IMG/VR virus record: IMGVR_UViG_3300030104_002421
Span: 82,189 to 146,188 of that record
DNA from: a virus
Direction: 5' to 3' (one strand)
Length of the DNA: 64,000 bases
In this document: positions 46,919 to 56,180 of the stretch, piece after piece
Layout: each line of letters begins with the position of its first letter
Numbering within the stretch: position 1 is the first letter of the stretch
Made by a program: the position numbers and the translations under genes
Notes under the pieces: generated by a model
What the model saw: the letters and a program-made list of their open reading frames with translations, nothing else
The model's database searches: none
What the model was told of the DNA's origin: nothing

Positions 46919-48760
46919 ATGAAGTATGTTACCCATTGGGCAACGGCATTTATTACTGTCATGTTTTTGACTTACATAGGTTTACAAGACCCATGGTTTA
47001 AAGAGTTGTTGCGATTAAAGAGTTTTGACTATGTACTCCAGAATGAGGAGAAGACACCCTCACAAGACATTACCATAATCACTATAGACGAAGAAGCGAT
47101 TGAGAAATACGGTCAATGGCCGTGGAAGCGTGATGTATTGGCACAAATAATCTATGATTTAAGAAACGCACAAACAGGTATTATTGTTATGCCTATTTTG
47201 TTTAGTGAACAAGATAGATTAGGTGGTGATGAGGAGTTTTGTAATGCATTAGGTTATGGTACAGTTATTGCTCAAGTAGGTACGACACAAAAGAATACAA
47301 GTAACGCCGTGCCAAGAGGTGTTGCAAAGATAGGTGACCCTCTAAACTTTTTATATGAGTGGCCGGGCATGGTTGGTCCTGAATTGTTTTTAAGTCAATG
47401 TGCAAATGGTGTAGGTGTTATTAATACAGCACCAGAGATAGATGGTGTTGTAAGACGAGTACCACTATTGATGAAGATTGGTGAGAATGTTTACCCTAAC
47501 ATGGCAATAGAAACAATACGAGTTGCAGTTGGCGATCCTAGTTATCAAGTTAAAGCAGATGATTTTGGTGTGGTTGCAATGAGAGTACCGGCATATGCTA
47601 CAATCAATACAGACGCTAACGCTAGAATATGGGTAAGATGGAATAAAGAGTTTAAAACAATATCAGCAGCGAGTGATGACTTTTCATCAGCCGCAGGTAC
47701 CACAGTAATTATTGCCATGACGGCAGAGGGACTAGGAGGTGTGATTGCAACACCACTAGGCGAACAATATGATTATGTGATAAGTGCCAATACATTACAG
47801 ACTATACTAGATGGTGAGACAATAAGTCGCTATGATAGTTTAATAGAATTAGCTGTTGCATTTTTCCTAGGATGTGTTATAGTATTAGTATGTAGATTTG
47901 CACCATACTGGATAATTGCTCTGGCATTGATAGGTTTATTCATTGGCGTGGGTAATTATTTCACTATGCTCTACAGTAGCAGCCTGATTTTACTAGATAT
48001 TACTTGGATTTTGCTGACTGCTCTACTAGTAGCATTTCATAGCACATTCCTAAGATTTATACTAGAGTTTAGATTAAAGCAACGCATAAGAAAACAATTT
48101 GAGAAATACCTAGACCCAAGGCAAGTGGCAATATTAGTGAAGCATCCAGAGAAGTTAAAACTAGGCGGCGACAGAAAGGAGATGTCTTTTCTATTCATGG
48201 ATATTGTAGGGTTTACACCTATAAGTGAATACTATAAAAACAATGATGACCCAGAGGGTCTTGTAAATGTAATCAATGACTATCTAAACAGAATGAGTAA
48301 TATAGTATTAAAGAATGGTGGTACAATTGATAAGTACATGGGAGATTGTATCATGGCATTTTGGAATGCACCACTTGATTGTCCTAACCATGCAGAAATG
48401 GCAGTAAAGACAAGTATAGAATGTGCTGAAGAAACAGATAAGATTAAAGCAGAGTTTAAAGAAAAAGGTTTACCAGATATTAACATAGGTTCAGGTGTTA
48501 ATACTGGAACATGTATAGTTGGTAACATGGGTAGTGAAGCAAGATTAGACTATTCAGTTATTGGTGACGCTGTGAACTTGGCTGCACGATTAGAAGCAAC
48601 CACAAGAAACTATAAAGATGAAAATGGAAAAGTTACCCCGACATTGTATTCTAGTTATACTATGGAACAATTAGAGACCATCAAGTCAGTTGAAGTAGAT
48701 AAGATTAAAGTAAAAGGTAAAGACGAATTAATTACCATTTACAAACCAGTTTCTGAATAA
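46919..48760 (+). CDS. CHASE2-domain class III adenylate cyclase
   Basis: IDEEAIEKYGQWPWKR and DGVVRRVPL (CHASE2), three TM helices, FMDIVGFT, IDKYMGDCIM, GDAVNLAARLE. Confidence 0.92.
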   Translation: MKYVTHWATAFITVMFLTYIGLQDPWFKELLRLKSFDYVLQNEEKTPSQDITIITIDEEAIEKYGQWPWKRDVLAQIIYDLRNAQTGIIVMPILFSEQDRLGGDEEFCNALGYGTVIAQVGTTQKNTSNAVPRGVAKIGDPLNFLYEWPGMVGPELFLSQCANGVGVINTAPEIDGVVRRVPLLMKIGENVYPNMAIETIRVAVGDPSYQVKADDFGVVAMRVPAYATINTDANARIWVRWNKEFKTISAASDDFSSAAGTTVIIAMTAEGLGGVIATPLGEQYDYVISANTLQTILDGETISRYDSLIELAVAFFLGCVIVLVCRFAPYWIIALALIGLFIGVGNYFTMLYSSSLILLDITWILLTALLVAFHSTFLRFILEFRLKQRIRKQFEKYLDPRQVAILVKHPEKLKLGGDRKEMSFLFMDIVGFTPISEYYKNNDDPEGLVNVINDYLNRMSNIVLKNGGTIDKYMGDCIMAFWNAPLDCPNHAEMAVKTSIECAEETDKIKAEFKEKGLPDINIGSGVNTGTCIVGNMGSEARLDYSVIGDAVNLAARLEATTRNYKDENGKVTPTLYSSYTMEQLETIKSVEVDKIKVKGKDELITIYKPVSE

Positions 48761-48795
48761 GTCAGGAAGACTAAACAATTAGAAACGGAGATTGC

Positions 48796-48942
48796 ATGAC
48801 GCTATCTAGGTCAGCTTTAATGATATTAAAGCCATTAAAAAGGGAAACTAAAATGAAAAATTTAAAAAAAAGAATAAAAGAACAGACGAGAAAAAACTTA
48901 TCAAACCTTATGAGAACACCTAGACTAAAAGTCGTAGGCTAA
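48796..48942 (+). CDS. Small basic protein (48 aa)
   Basis: GGAG SD; MTLSRSALMILKPLKRETKMKNLKKRIKEQ... Confidence 0.4.
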   Translation: MTLSRSALMILKPLKRETKMKNLKKRIKEQTRKNLSNLMRTPRLKVVG

Positions 48943-51090
48943 ATTGTCCATAGTTAAATCAGGAGCAGTAGTGCTTTTTTGAACAGAAAAGGAACTACTG
49001 CTGTTGTTCACTACAGCATTACTAACTGAACTATCACTTACTACTACAGGCGCTTTATTTTGACTTTCAGCATTTAATGTAGTTTGTTCAACCATTGCTT
49101 GACCTAATGCTTGTCTTAATTCCATTATTCTTTGAGTAGCACTTTCAAAATCAATTTCAGGACTTGCAAGACCTAAATACTTTGTATTACCTGTTGGGAA
49201 CCAAGATAAGTCAACAGACCCACCCATAATTGCAGCCTCAATAAGAGGTACACTTTCACCTAAATCTTTAGCAAATTCTTTCATTTTGATTTTACTACCA
49301 TCAAATTTAAGACCAGATATACTGTTTAATGATATAGCAAGTTGGTCTAATGCATTAGCAGCAGTAGTTAATTCAGTAGCATTATCTGCTAAGTCTAACA
49401 TCTCCTGTACTGGACTTTCATTACCAGAGAAGAAGTTAAGTATAGAAGCACCTACACCTGCAAGAGCGTCAACAAATTTAGCACCAGAGAACTTTAACAG
49501 ACCCGCTGATATAGTGCCTAACACACTAGATAATTCTATTGCTTTCTCTTTATTGATGTTTTCATCAGCAGTAATACTTAATAAATCTTTTACATTGTCT
49601 TTGATTGTTTGTGCGAAGTTATCTGTGCCAGAGAATTGTGTTATTGCTTCTGCTAAACCGGCAGCACCCTTACCAACACTAAATGCAAGTAAGCCAGCAC
49701 CAATCCCAGTCATTGTAGCAACAAAAGCTGCAGTATCAACCAGTACGCCTGGCAATGAGGCTATCGTTAATAGTGTTTCAACATTATCTACGATAGATTG
49801 TGCCCATTCTTTATTTGCAAAATTACCACCAGCGTCAACTAATGCAGCTACGGCAGTACCGGCAGAAAATACTGTTAGACCGGCAGCGATAGCTGACATT
49901 GCAATAAAGAATGTACCTCCTTCTATTAGAACATCTCCAAAACCTTCAAATAAATCATTAATACCTAATAGTGTTGAAACATTTTTAACTATTGATGTTG
50001 CCCAATCAGGATTTGCAAAGAGACCACCAGTATCTACAAGTGTTGCAACGGCACTACCTACACCAAATACGGCAAGACCAGCACCTATTGCTGTCATTGC
50101 AACAAAGAATCCTCCACCTTTTGATAAGAACTCCATAGACCCACCGTGGTCATCATTAATACTTAATAATTCTTTTACATTTTTTCTTATGTTAACAGCA
50201 AATTGATTATCACCTTGACTGAACATATCAAATGCTTTTGATACGGCAACACCAGCACTTACAGCGGCAAGACCAAAACCAATTGCTGTCATAGCAATAC
50301 CAAAAGTACCACCTTTTGCTAAGAAGTCCATAGTCCCGCCATGGTCGTCTTCTATTGATAATAATTCTTTTACATTTTTTCTTATGTTGACAGCAAATTC
50401 ACTTTCTTTAGAGAAATGGTCTACAGCAGCTGCGACACCAGCACCAATACTAAATGCGGCTAAACCAAGACCAATACCAGTCATTGCGGCTAAGAATGTT
50501 CCTCCTTCTAAAAAGAACTCTGCTTTACCTCCCATATCGTCAGATATGCCCATTAATTCTTTTACATTGGCACGGATTGCCTTACCGTCCATATCATTTA
50601 ATTCTTTGAGTAAGAATCCTGCACCACCGGCAAGTATACCTGCACCAGCAAGTAATGCACCACCACCTAACATAGCGGCACCGGCACCCATACCTAATTT
50701 ACCAAGTATGCCTGCTAGACCTTTTTTAGTCTCTTTACCAACACCAGCTGCTTCGCCGCCATCACCACCTTTACCACCACCTTTTGCAAGTAGTGATTTT
50801 CTTTCTGCTTCATCAGCAAGTGTTTGTTGTCTATCAGCAGCGGCATTTGCCTGCTCTTCAGCAGACATTATCATCTCCTGGAAGTTATTAGTAAATGAAT
50901 CCCTTATGCCAGATAGACCTTCGTTATTTCTTTTGAATTGTAATGCCAAAGACTGACCAAAAGACCTATTTTGTGTCTTTGCGGTTTCAACAACAGTAGA
51001 AGACAGGTCTTTAGTTTGTGTTTCAATAACCTCACGGTTATCTGCCTTATTTTCCTGTAGTCTAATTATTAAATCTTTAAAATCAGCCAT
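48925..51090 (-). CDS. Tape-measure-like / baseplate hub protein (gp29-like)
   Basis: 721 aa, quasi-repeated Gly/Ala helices, downstream of gp26/gp51. Confidence 0.6.
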   Translation of the reverse strand: MADFKDLIIRLQENKADNREVIETQTKDLSSTVVETAKTQNRSFGQSLALQFKRNNEGLSGIRDSFTNNFQEMIMSAEEQANAAADRQQTLADEAERKSLLAKGGGKGGDGGEAAGVGKETKKGLAGILGKLGMGAGAAMLGGGALLAGAGILAGGAGFLLKELNDMDGKAIRANVKELMGISDDMGGKAEFFLEGGTFLAAMTGIGLGLAAFSIGAGVAAAVDHFSKESEFAVNIRKNVKELLSIEDDHGGTMDFLAKGGTFGIAMTAIGFGLAAVSAGVAVSKAFDMFSQGDNQFAVNIRKNVKELLSINDDHGGSMEFLSKGGGFFVAMTAIGAGLAVFGVGSAVATLVDTGGLFANPDWATSIVKNVSTLLGINDLFEGFGDVLIEGGTFFIAMSAIAAGLTVFSAGTAVAALVDAGGNFANKEWAQSIVDNVETLLTIASLPGVLVDTAAFVATMTGIGAGLLAFSVGKGAAGLAEAITQFSGTDNFAQTIKDNVKDLLSITADENINKEKAIELSSVLGTISAGLLKFSGAKFVDALAGVGASILNFFSGNESPVQEMLDLADNATELTTAANALDQLAISLNSISGLKFDGSKIKMKEFAKDLGESVPLIEAAIMGGSVDLSWFPTGNTKYLGLASPEIDFESATQRIMELRQALGQAMVEQTTLNAESQNKAPVVVSDSSVSNAVVNNSSSSFSVQKSTTAPDLTMDNLAYDF

Positions 51091-51096
51091 AACTTA

Positions 51097-51426
51097 TTAT
51101 TTCTTTTTACCTAATGCTTGAGCACCAAAGAAGGCAGCAACGATACCTGCAACAGCGATAAAATATACACCTGCCATATCACCTAGTATTTTTGCGCCTT
51201 GTTCTAATCCAGCAAGATTTGCTAAAATTACTGCTACAGGGTACATCAACATTCCATATAATGAATACCATGCCATTGTTCTTTGTGCGTCTCTCATTGC
51301 GTCAGCGTCTTCTAACTCTTTTCGCTTGAACTCTAAATACATTTTGTGCTCTTCTGGACTTACCACACCATCAGCATTTGTATCTGCTGGGTGTGTTGTC
51401 TTTTGTGTAACTGTTTCTTCAGCCAT
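51097..51426 (-). CDS. Two-TM membrane protein with EF-hand-like loop
   Basis: DTNADGVVSPEE, then two hydrophobic helices and KKK tail. Confidence 0.65.
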   Translation of the reverse strand: MAEETVTQKTTHPADTNADGVVSPEEHKMYLEFKRKELEDADAMRDAQRTMAWYSLYGMLMYPVAVILANLAGLEQGAKILGDMAGVYFIAVAGIVAAFFGAQALGKKK

Positions 51427-51430
51427 GTTG

Positions 51431-51622
51431 TTATCTCTTCCTTTGTGCCTCTCTATATTTGTTGTTTTCTTCCTTTATATGTTCATTCAATAAAGCAAGG
51501 TAAACTTCACGCTCATATGGTAACATATTTTCAATTTCAGTTAACGACCAATGGTGTAACTGTATCATTTTAAAATTCAATTCATAAAATTGTTCTAAAT
51601 TAATATGAGAGAGGCATATTAA
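51431..51622 (-). CDS. gp51: Baseplate hub assembly protein gp51-like (missing from ORF track; probably reached by frameshift)
   Basis: LSHINLEQFYELNFKMIQLHHWSLTEIENMLPYEREVYLALL; first ATG only at 51568. Confidence 0.8.
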   Translation of the reverse strand, partial: LICLSHINLEQFYELNFKMIQLHHWSLTEIENMLPYEREVYLALLNEHIKEENNKYREAQRKR

Positions 51623-52320
51623 AAAAAACTTTGCATACCTTCTAATGTTACTTTACCCTTCTTTTTAGTTTTAGGGTTAGTTACATTTACGACATGCTTT
51701 AATCTAGGCATTGTTGCAAAGAAGCCTTGTATTTTAGCAAACTGTGTTTGTGTTAAGTTTTCTAAAAAATCAGATATCTCTTTTTCTGACAAGTCATTTG
51801 CTTCATATGTTTCAACGCCATCAATAATTTGATGAATACATTGTCCAGTCATAGCAATAGTATCAACAGGTGATAGTTTCTTTAAATCTCTTCCAGCAAA
51901 TGTTTTTACTGTTGGATATCTCATAACTACACTAACATTATCTGTTAATTCTATTTTGTTTGTGTGTCCGTCTTCAACCTCAACCTCAACCTTTGATAAG
52001 TCTACCGTACTTTTTACTTTAGTTTCATTATCATCAGGACATGTTAAGTTTAACGATACTTTTTCACCTACTGCTTTACTTCTTATTTTTAGAAATATGT
52101 ACTCCATATCAAATGATGGATGTTGTTCTGGATTTATTTTCCCAAATGTACAGTTACTAATAATAGTCATTAAAGCGTCAATCATCTCCGTATCAGTACC
52201 TTCTTGTGCTTGTAGAAGAATTTTTTCCTCCTTCACAAGAAAGGGTCTGAATTTTATTTTTTCATCTGTGCTTGGTATGTTAAGCTCAAATGTTTGTGTG
52301 TTTAGTAGTGGCAAAGCCAT
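51619..52320 (-). CDS. gp26: Baseplate hub assembly chaperone (gp26)
   Basis: MALP, FRPFLVKEEKILL, FDMEYIFLKIRSKAVGE, FFATMPRL, LEGMQSFF. Confidence 0.9.
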   Translation of the reverse strand: MALPLLNTQTFELNIPSTDEKIKFRPFLVKEEKILLQAQEGTDTEMIDALMTIISNCTFGKINPEQHPSFDMEYIFLKIRSKAVGEKVSLNLTCPDDNETKVKSTVDLSKVEVEVEDGHTNKIELTDNVSVVMRYPTVKTFAGRDLKKLSPVDTIAMTGQCIHQIIDGVETYEANDLSEKEISDFLENLTQTQFAKIQGFFATMPRLKHVVNVTNPKTKKKGKVTLEGMQSFF

Positions 52321-52340
52321 AATCTAATCTCCTTTATAAT

Positions 52341-53249
52341 TTAAAATGTAAGTGGTGGGAATATTTTACCACCAAATACTTTACCAATTGGAATAGACCG
52401 TTTCAATCCATTCAATACATCACGGCCTGTTCGTCTTAATTCAGGTGGTAATCCAGATAAGAATCCACCACCAGGTTTAATTTCACCAGATGATAGACCA
52501 CCTACCTTACCGGTACTGTCTATATCTAGGTCAAAATTTAACCAATCTCTATATGAGAAGGTTACTGTTATTGCAACATAACTATTTTGTGTACCACTAT
52601 CGTATTGCACCTCACCTATTACTGATGGGAATGCTTCTCTCATTCTGATACCATATGTTGCTCTGTCTCTATCCTCTGCTGTTTGAAATGACCCTAATTG
52701 AAATACATCTACTGGTGCTGTGTACTCTTTATAAAAGTTAAACATACCAGTTTGATTATCATATACCAATGATTGCCAATTTTCAAAGAAGCTTCGTAAT
52801 CTTAAAAATTTATCACCTATAAATGTTGCAGTTATATCACTATATTGAACACTTGTAGGGTATTTATAACTTGCACCAGCAATACGATATGGACTTGTAT
52901 TAAATGTTCTTGCTGGCATAGTGATATTAGTACACATCAAGGCGACTTGCTGTGCCATATCTACATTGTTATTGTTAGCAGTTTGTGAGTTAGCAGCTTC
53001 TAAATTACCACCAAATCTACTATCAGCGACTAGTTTAGATGGTAATGTAATGTTGACAAGAAAACGAGTACCACGAGCAACACCCTCACCAGTTGATAAT
53101 GCGCCTCTAAAACGATTTACTGTTGTTTCAGGGTTTGCCTTTTGTTTTACTCTAGGATCACCAGGAATATTATCATATTCTCTACCTCTTGGAAGTCCTA
53201 ACCTTATATCAAAAGGTCCTACTCTTTTACCTTGTCTAAAAATTGCCAT
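52341..53249 (-). CDS. Baseplate-tail tube junction protein (gp54/gp19-like)
   Basis: ARGTRFLV, C..ITMP, FFENWQ, EAFPSVIG, VTFSYRDW. Confidence 0.7.
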   Translation of the reverse strand: MAIFRQGKRVGPFDIRLGLPRGREYDNIPGDPRVKQKANPETTVNRFRGALSTGEGVARGTRFLVNITLPSKLVADSRFGGNLEAANSQTANNNNVDMAQQVALMCTNITMPARTFNTSPYRIAGASYKYPTSVQYSDITATFIGDKFLRLRSFFENWQSLVYDNQTGMFNFYKEYTAPVDVFQLGSFQTAEDRDRATYGIRMREAFPSVIGEVQYDSGTQNSYVAITVTFSYRDWLNFDLDIDSTGKVGGLSSGEIKPGGGFLSGLPPELRRTGRDVLNGLKRSIPIGKVFGGKIFPPLTF

Positions 53250-53773
53250 TAAATCATTCTCCTACTATCTGACCATACCTTACCTACACTTGCTTTCTTA
53301 AATGATTGAACTGGCATGAATATTGCAGGTGCAAAATCATCCTCATCTAAACGAAGAAATCCAGATTTTAATTGTGAACGCAAATAATGTTTTATAGTTG
53401 GTTTAATTTCTTTTATATTTTTTAATGCCTTATAACTACCTGTAAAATTTTTCTTGTCAAGTGTCTCAAATAATTTCATGCGTAAAGGTACAGGTAAATA
53501 ATGAAAATTCACACCAAGAAACCCTCCTGGTGCAGATTGTATAGGCAAGACCAATGGGAATATATCATAGTATGGTAACACACCTTTTAACTTTGGGTCA
53601 TAACGAAAGAAATTTAAAGCACCAGTTTTAGGTGTATTGTATAAACGACCTGAACGCATAAGTCTAGCTGCTGTTATCTTGTTAGATAATTCAGCGACCT
53701 TCTTCTTATACCAATTGATAGATAAGTCTCTATCGCCTGCTGCCTGTCTAATTGTATCAAAAACACTTGCCAT
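53249..53773 (-). CDS. gp2: DNA end protector protein (gp2)
   Basis: YDPKLK..LPYYDIFPLV, GVNFHYLP, IKHYL. Confidence 0.9.
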   Translation of the reverse strand: MASVFDTIRQAAGDRDLSINWYKKKVAELSNKITAARLMRSGRLYNTPKTGALNFFRYDPKLKGVLPYYDIFPLVLPIQSAPGGFLGVNFHYLPVPLRMKLFETLDKKNFTGSYKALKNIKEIKPTIKHYLRSQLKSGFLRLDEDDFAPAIFMPVQSFKKASVGKVWSDSRRMI

Positions 53774-53799
53774 GTTACTATTTATGCCTAAATAATGGA

Positions 53800-54291
53800 A
53801 TGGCTAAGAAGAAAATAGGCAAGTACCAACATAAGATGGCAGTATCTAATAAGTACAGACCAATCAATAAAAGTAAGTATAAAGGTGACCCTACAAACAT
53901 TATATTTAGAAGTAGTTGGGAAAAGATAGTGTTCAAATATTGCGACCTTTCGCCTGCTGTTATACAATGGTCAAGTGAGGAGTTTTTTGTACCATACCGT
54001 AGTCCGTTTGATAATAAGATACACAGATATTTCCCAGACATATGGTTGAAATATAAGAACAAAGAAGGTATTATAACACAATCCGTGCTAGAAATCAAGC
54101 CTAAAAAGTACACGAAGTTACCACCTACGCCAAAGAGAAAGACAAAAGACTGGAGATATACTACTGAACAGTATATCATAAATCAAGCAAAATGGCAAGC
54201 CTGTGAACAATATTGTAAGAAAAGAGACTATAAATTTCAAATCATAACTGAGGATGTTTTAAAACATTGGTCAACAATACCACCGTTATAA
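53800..54291 (+). CDS. gp4: Head completion nuclease (gp4)
   Basis: KYKGDPTNIIFRSSWE, WSSEE, HRYFPD, EIKP, NQAKW. Confidence 0.92.
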   Translation: MAKKKIGKYQHKMAVSNKYRPINKSKYKGDPTNIIFRSSWEKIVFKYCDLSPAVIQWSSEEFFVPYRSPFDNKIHRYFPDIWLKYKNKEGIITQSVLEIKPKKYTKLPPTPKRKTKDWRYTTEQYIINQAKWQACEQYCKKRDYKFQIITEDVLKHWSTIPPL

Positions 54292-54306
54292 CACATAAAT
54301 AGTCAT

Positions 54307-55476
54307 ATGGCAAGCATTGCACAAAGATTAAGAAGTCAATTATTTGGCGGTATATTAGGTGGTTCAAGTCAAGCATCAGCAGCTGCAGGTGTAGACCTAT
54401 CCAGAAAGACACGAAGTAATACATCAACAGCACATCTAAATACTGAACGAAACAAATACTCACTAGGTACAATACAATATCCTGATGACCTAGGTACAAA
54501 CGAATTTGGTCACTATCTAATGTTTTATATTTACGAAGTATCTAACAGTAGATATTCAGGACCACAACAAACAAAGACAGTATCAAATGTAAGTCAGGCT
54601 GCTGGTCAAAGAGGTCAACAAAAAACAGTTATTAAAAATCATAAGAAAGCTGAGGGTATATCATCATCAGCTTCTACTGCTTATCCTTACAAAGGTAATG
54701 AGAAGTTGGCAAAACGAGGTGATGAAAAGAGTTTAAGTGGCGCATTAAAAAGAAGTGGTAGACTAAAGCGTACAAGTGATGTTATATCTCTATACATGCC
54801 ACCAAACATCAAACAAAAGTATGGCGCAAATTATAAGAACAGCGAGACAGGTCTTGCAGGTGTATTAGGTGCTCAGTTAGCAGATAGTACAAGTATTGAT
54901 AGTATGTTACAAAACTTTTCTGATACAGGTACATTTAACACAATCAAAGACGCATTTATAGACACAATGGGTTTAAAAATAGGGGCAAGTATTACAAGTC
55001 TTGTAGGTGCAGGAGATTTAGAAGGCGTATTGAGAAAAGGTATGCAAAAGGCATTGAACCCAGCAGTTGAGGCAATATTTCAATCTGTTGACCTGCGTGA
55101 ATATAGTTTTAGTTTTAGATTTACACCAAGAAGTGAAAGCGAAGTGCGTACAGTAGATAATATTATTAAGTTATTTAAGTTTCATATGTTACCTGAACGA
55201 GTACAGAACCAAGAAGTAGGTCGTCATCTAATATTCCCTAGTGAATTTGAAGTCCATTACATGTTTCAAGGCGTAGAGAACACATGGTACCCATTTGCGG
55301 CTGGTAGTGTATTGACAGGTATGGATGTAGATTACGGTCCTGGTGGTGAAACTCAACACTTTAGACCAATTCAAACAGACATGGGGTCATTACCTGCGCC
55401 TACAGAAATTAATATGACATTGAATTTCCAAGAAACAGAAATAATGACTAAAGAGAAGATAGTAGAAGGATTCTAA
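54307..55476 (+). CDS. gp48: Baseplate tail-tube cap (gp48)
   Basis: QYPDDL, ISLYMP, NP..E..F..VDLREYSFSFRFTPRS, EITKE-like end; CATAAATA upstream. Confidence 0.85.
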   Translation: MASIAQRLRSQLFGGILGGSSQASAAAGVDLSRKTRSNTSTAHLNTERNKYSLGTIQYPDDLGTNEFGHYLMFYIYEVSNSRYSGPQQTKTVSNVSQAAGQRGQQKTVIKNHKKAEGISSSASTAYPYKGNEKLAKRGDEKSLSGALKRSGRLKRTSDVISLYMPPNIKQKYGANYKNSETGLAGVLGAQLADSTSIDSMLQNFSDTGTFNTIKDAFIDTMGLKIGASITSLVGAGDLEGVLRKGMQKALNPAVEAIFQSVDLREYSFSFRFTPRSESEVRTVDNIIKLFKFHMLPERVQNQEVGRHLIFPSEFEVHYMFQGVENTWYPFAAGSVLTGMDVDYGPGGETQHFRPIQTDMGSLPAPTEINMTLNFQETEIMTKEKIVEGF

Positions 55477-55671
55477 ATGGAACAAACAATTGAAAATTTT
55501 GAGGGTACAAAGATAGTGAATGTAGAGGGAAATAGTAGTATGGGTGATGTACAAGCAGGTATAGAATTTATTTACCACATGCGTGAACATTTAGTAGATG
55601 TAGGCGTGGCAACAATCTATTTGTTTGCCTGTTACGCATTATATCTATGGTTAAAGAAAGTGATTAAGTAA
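55477..55671 (+). CDS. Small membrane protein
   Basis: C-terminal hydrophobic helix. Confidence 0.55.
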   Translation: MEQTIENFEGTKIVNVEGNSSMGDVQAGIEFIYHMREHLVDVGVATIYLFACYALYLWLKKVIK

Positions 55672-56177
55672 TGTACTTTGATAAATTTCCACTATACGAA
55701 TATGATATCACGGCAAATCAGAATAGAACACTTATAACAGATATTTTACGCCGTGTCAACCTAAAAGCGAATGTAAGAGCGAATACTTTGGTATTTGATG
55801 AATACAATGTGCAAGATGGTGATACGCCAGATATCGTAGCGACAAAATATTATGAGAATCCAGAGTATCATTGGATCATAGTAACAATAAACAATATACG
55901 AAACAGACACGATTGGCCTATGGATCAAGTTGCATTAAGTAATTATGTAGAAGATAAGTACACAAATCCAGACGCTGCTCACCATTATGAACTGGCACAG
56001 ACAAGTGGTGATACAACAATTCTATTGACGGTCGCAAGTGATACCGTGGGTGCGACTGCCGTAACCAATTACGAGTATGAACAGACACTTAACGATAAGA
56101 AAAGAAGAATACGCCTACTTGATAGAGGTTATGTGGCGCAATTTAGAAACGAGTTTGAGAAATTAATCCAGAGGTAG
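55671..56177 (+). CDS. gp53: Baseplate wedge subunit (gp53)
   Basis: MYFDKFP, GDTPDIVATKYY, HWII, DWPM, HHYE, NYEYE..LNDKKRRI. Confidence 0.9.
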   Translation: MYFDKFPLYEYDITANQNRTLITDILRRVNLKANVRANTLVFDEYNVQDGDTPDIVATKYYENPEYHWIIVTINNIRNRHDWPMDQVALSNYVEDKYTNPDAAHHYELAQTSGDTTILLTVASDTVGATAVTNYEYEQTLNDKKRRIRLLDRGYVAQFRNEFEKLIQR

Positions 56178-56180
56178 ACC

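Noticed and set aside
49900-50560. Repeated TAATTCTTTTACATTTTTTCTTATGTT as a CRISPR or DNA repeat
   Set aside because: Reflects protein-level repeats (AVNIRKNVKELL) in the tape-measure-like gene; no repeat-spacer array seen anywhere in the window.
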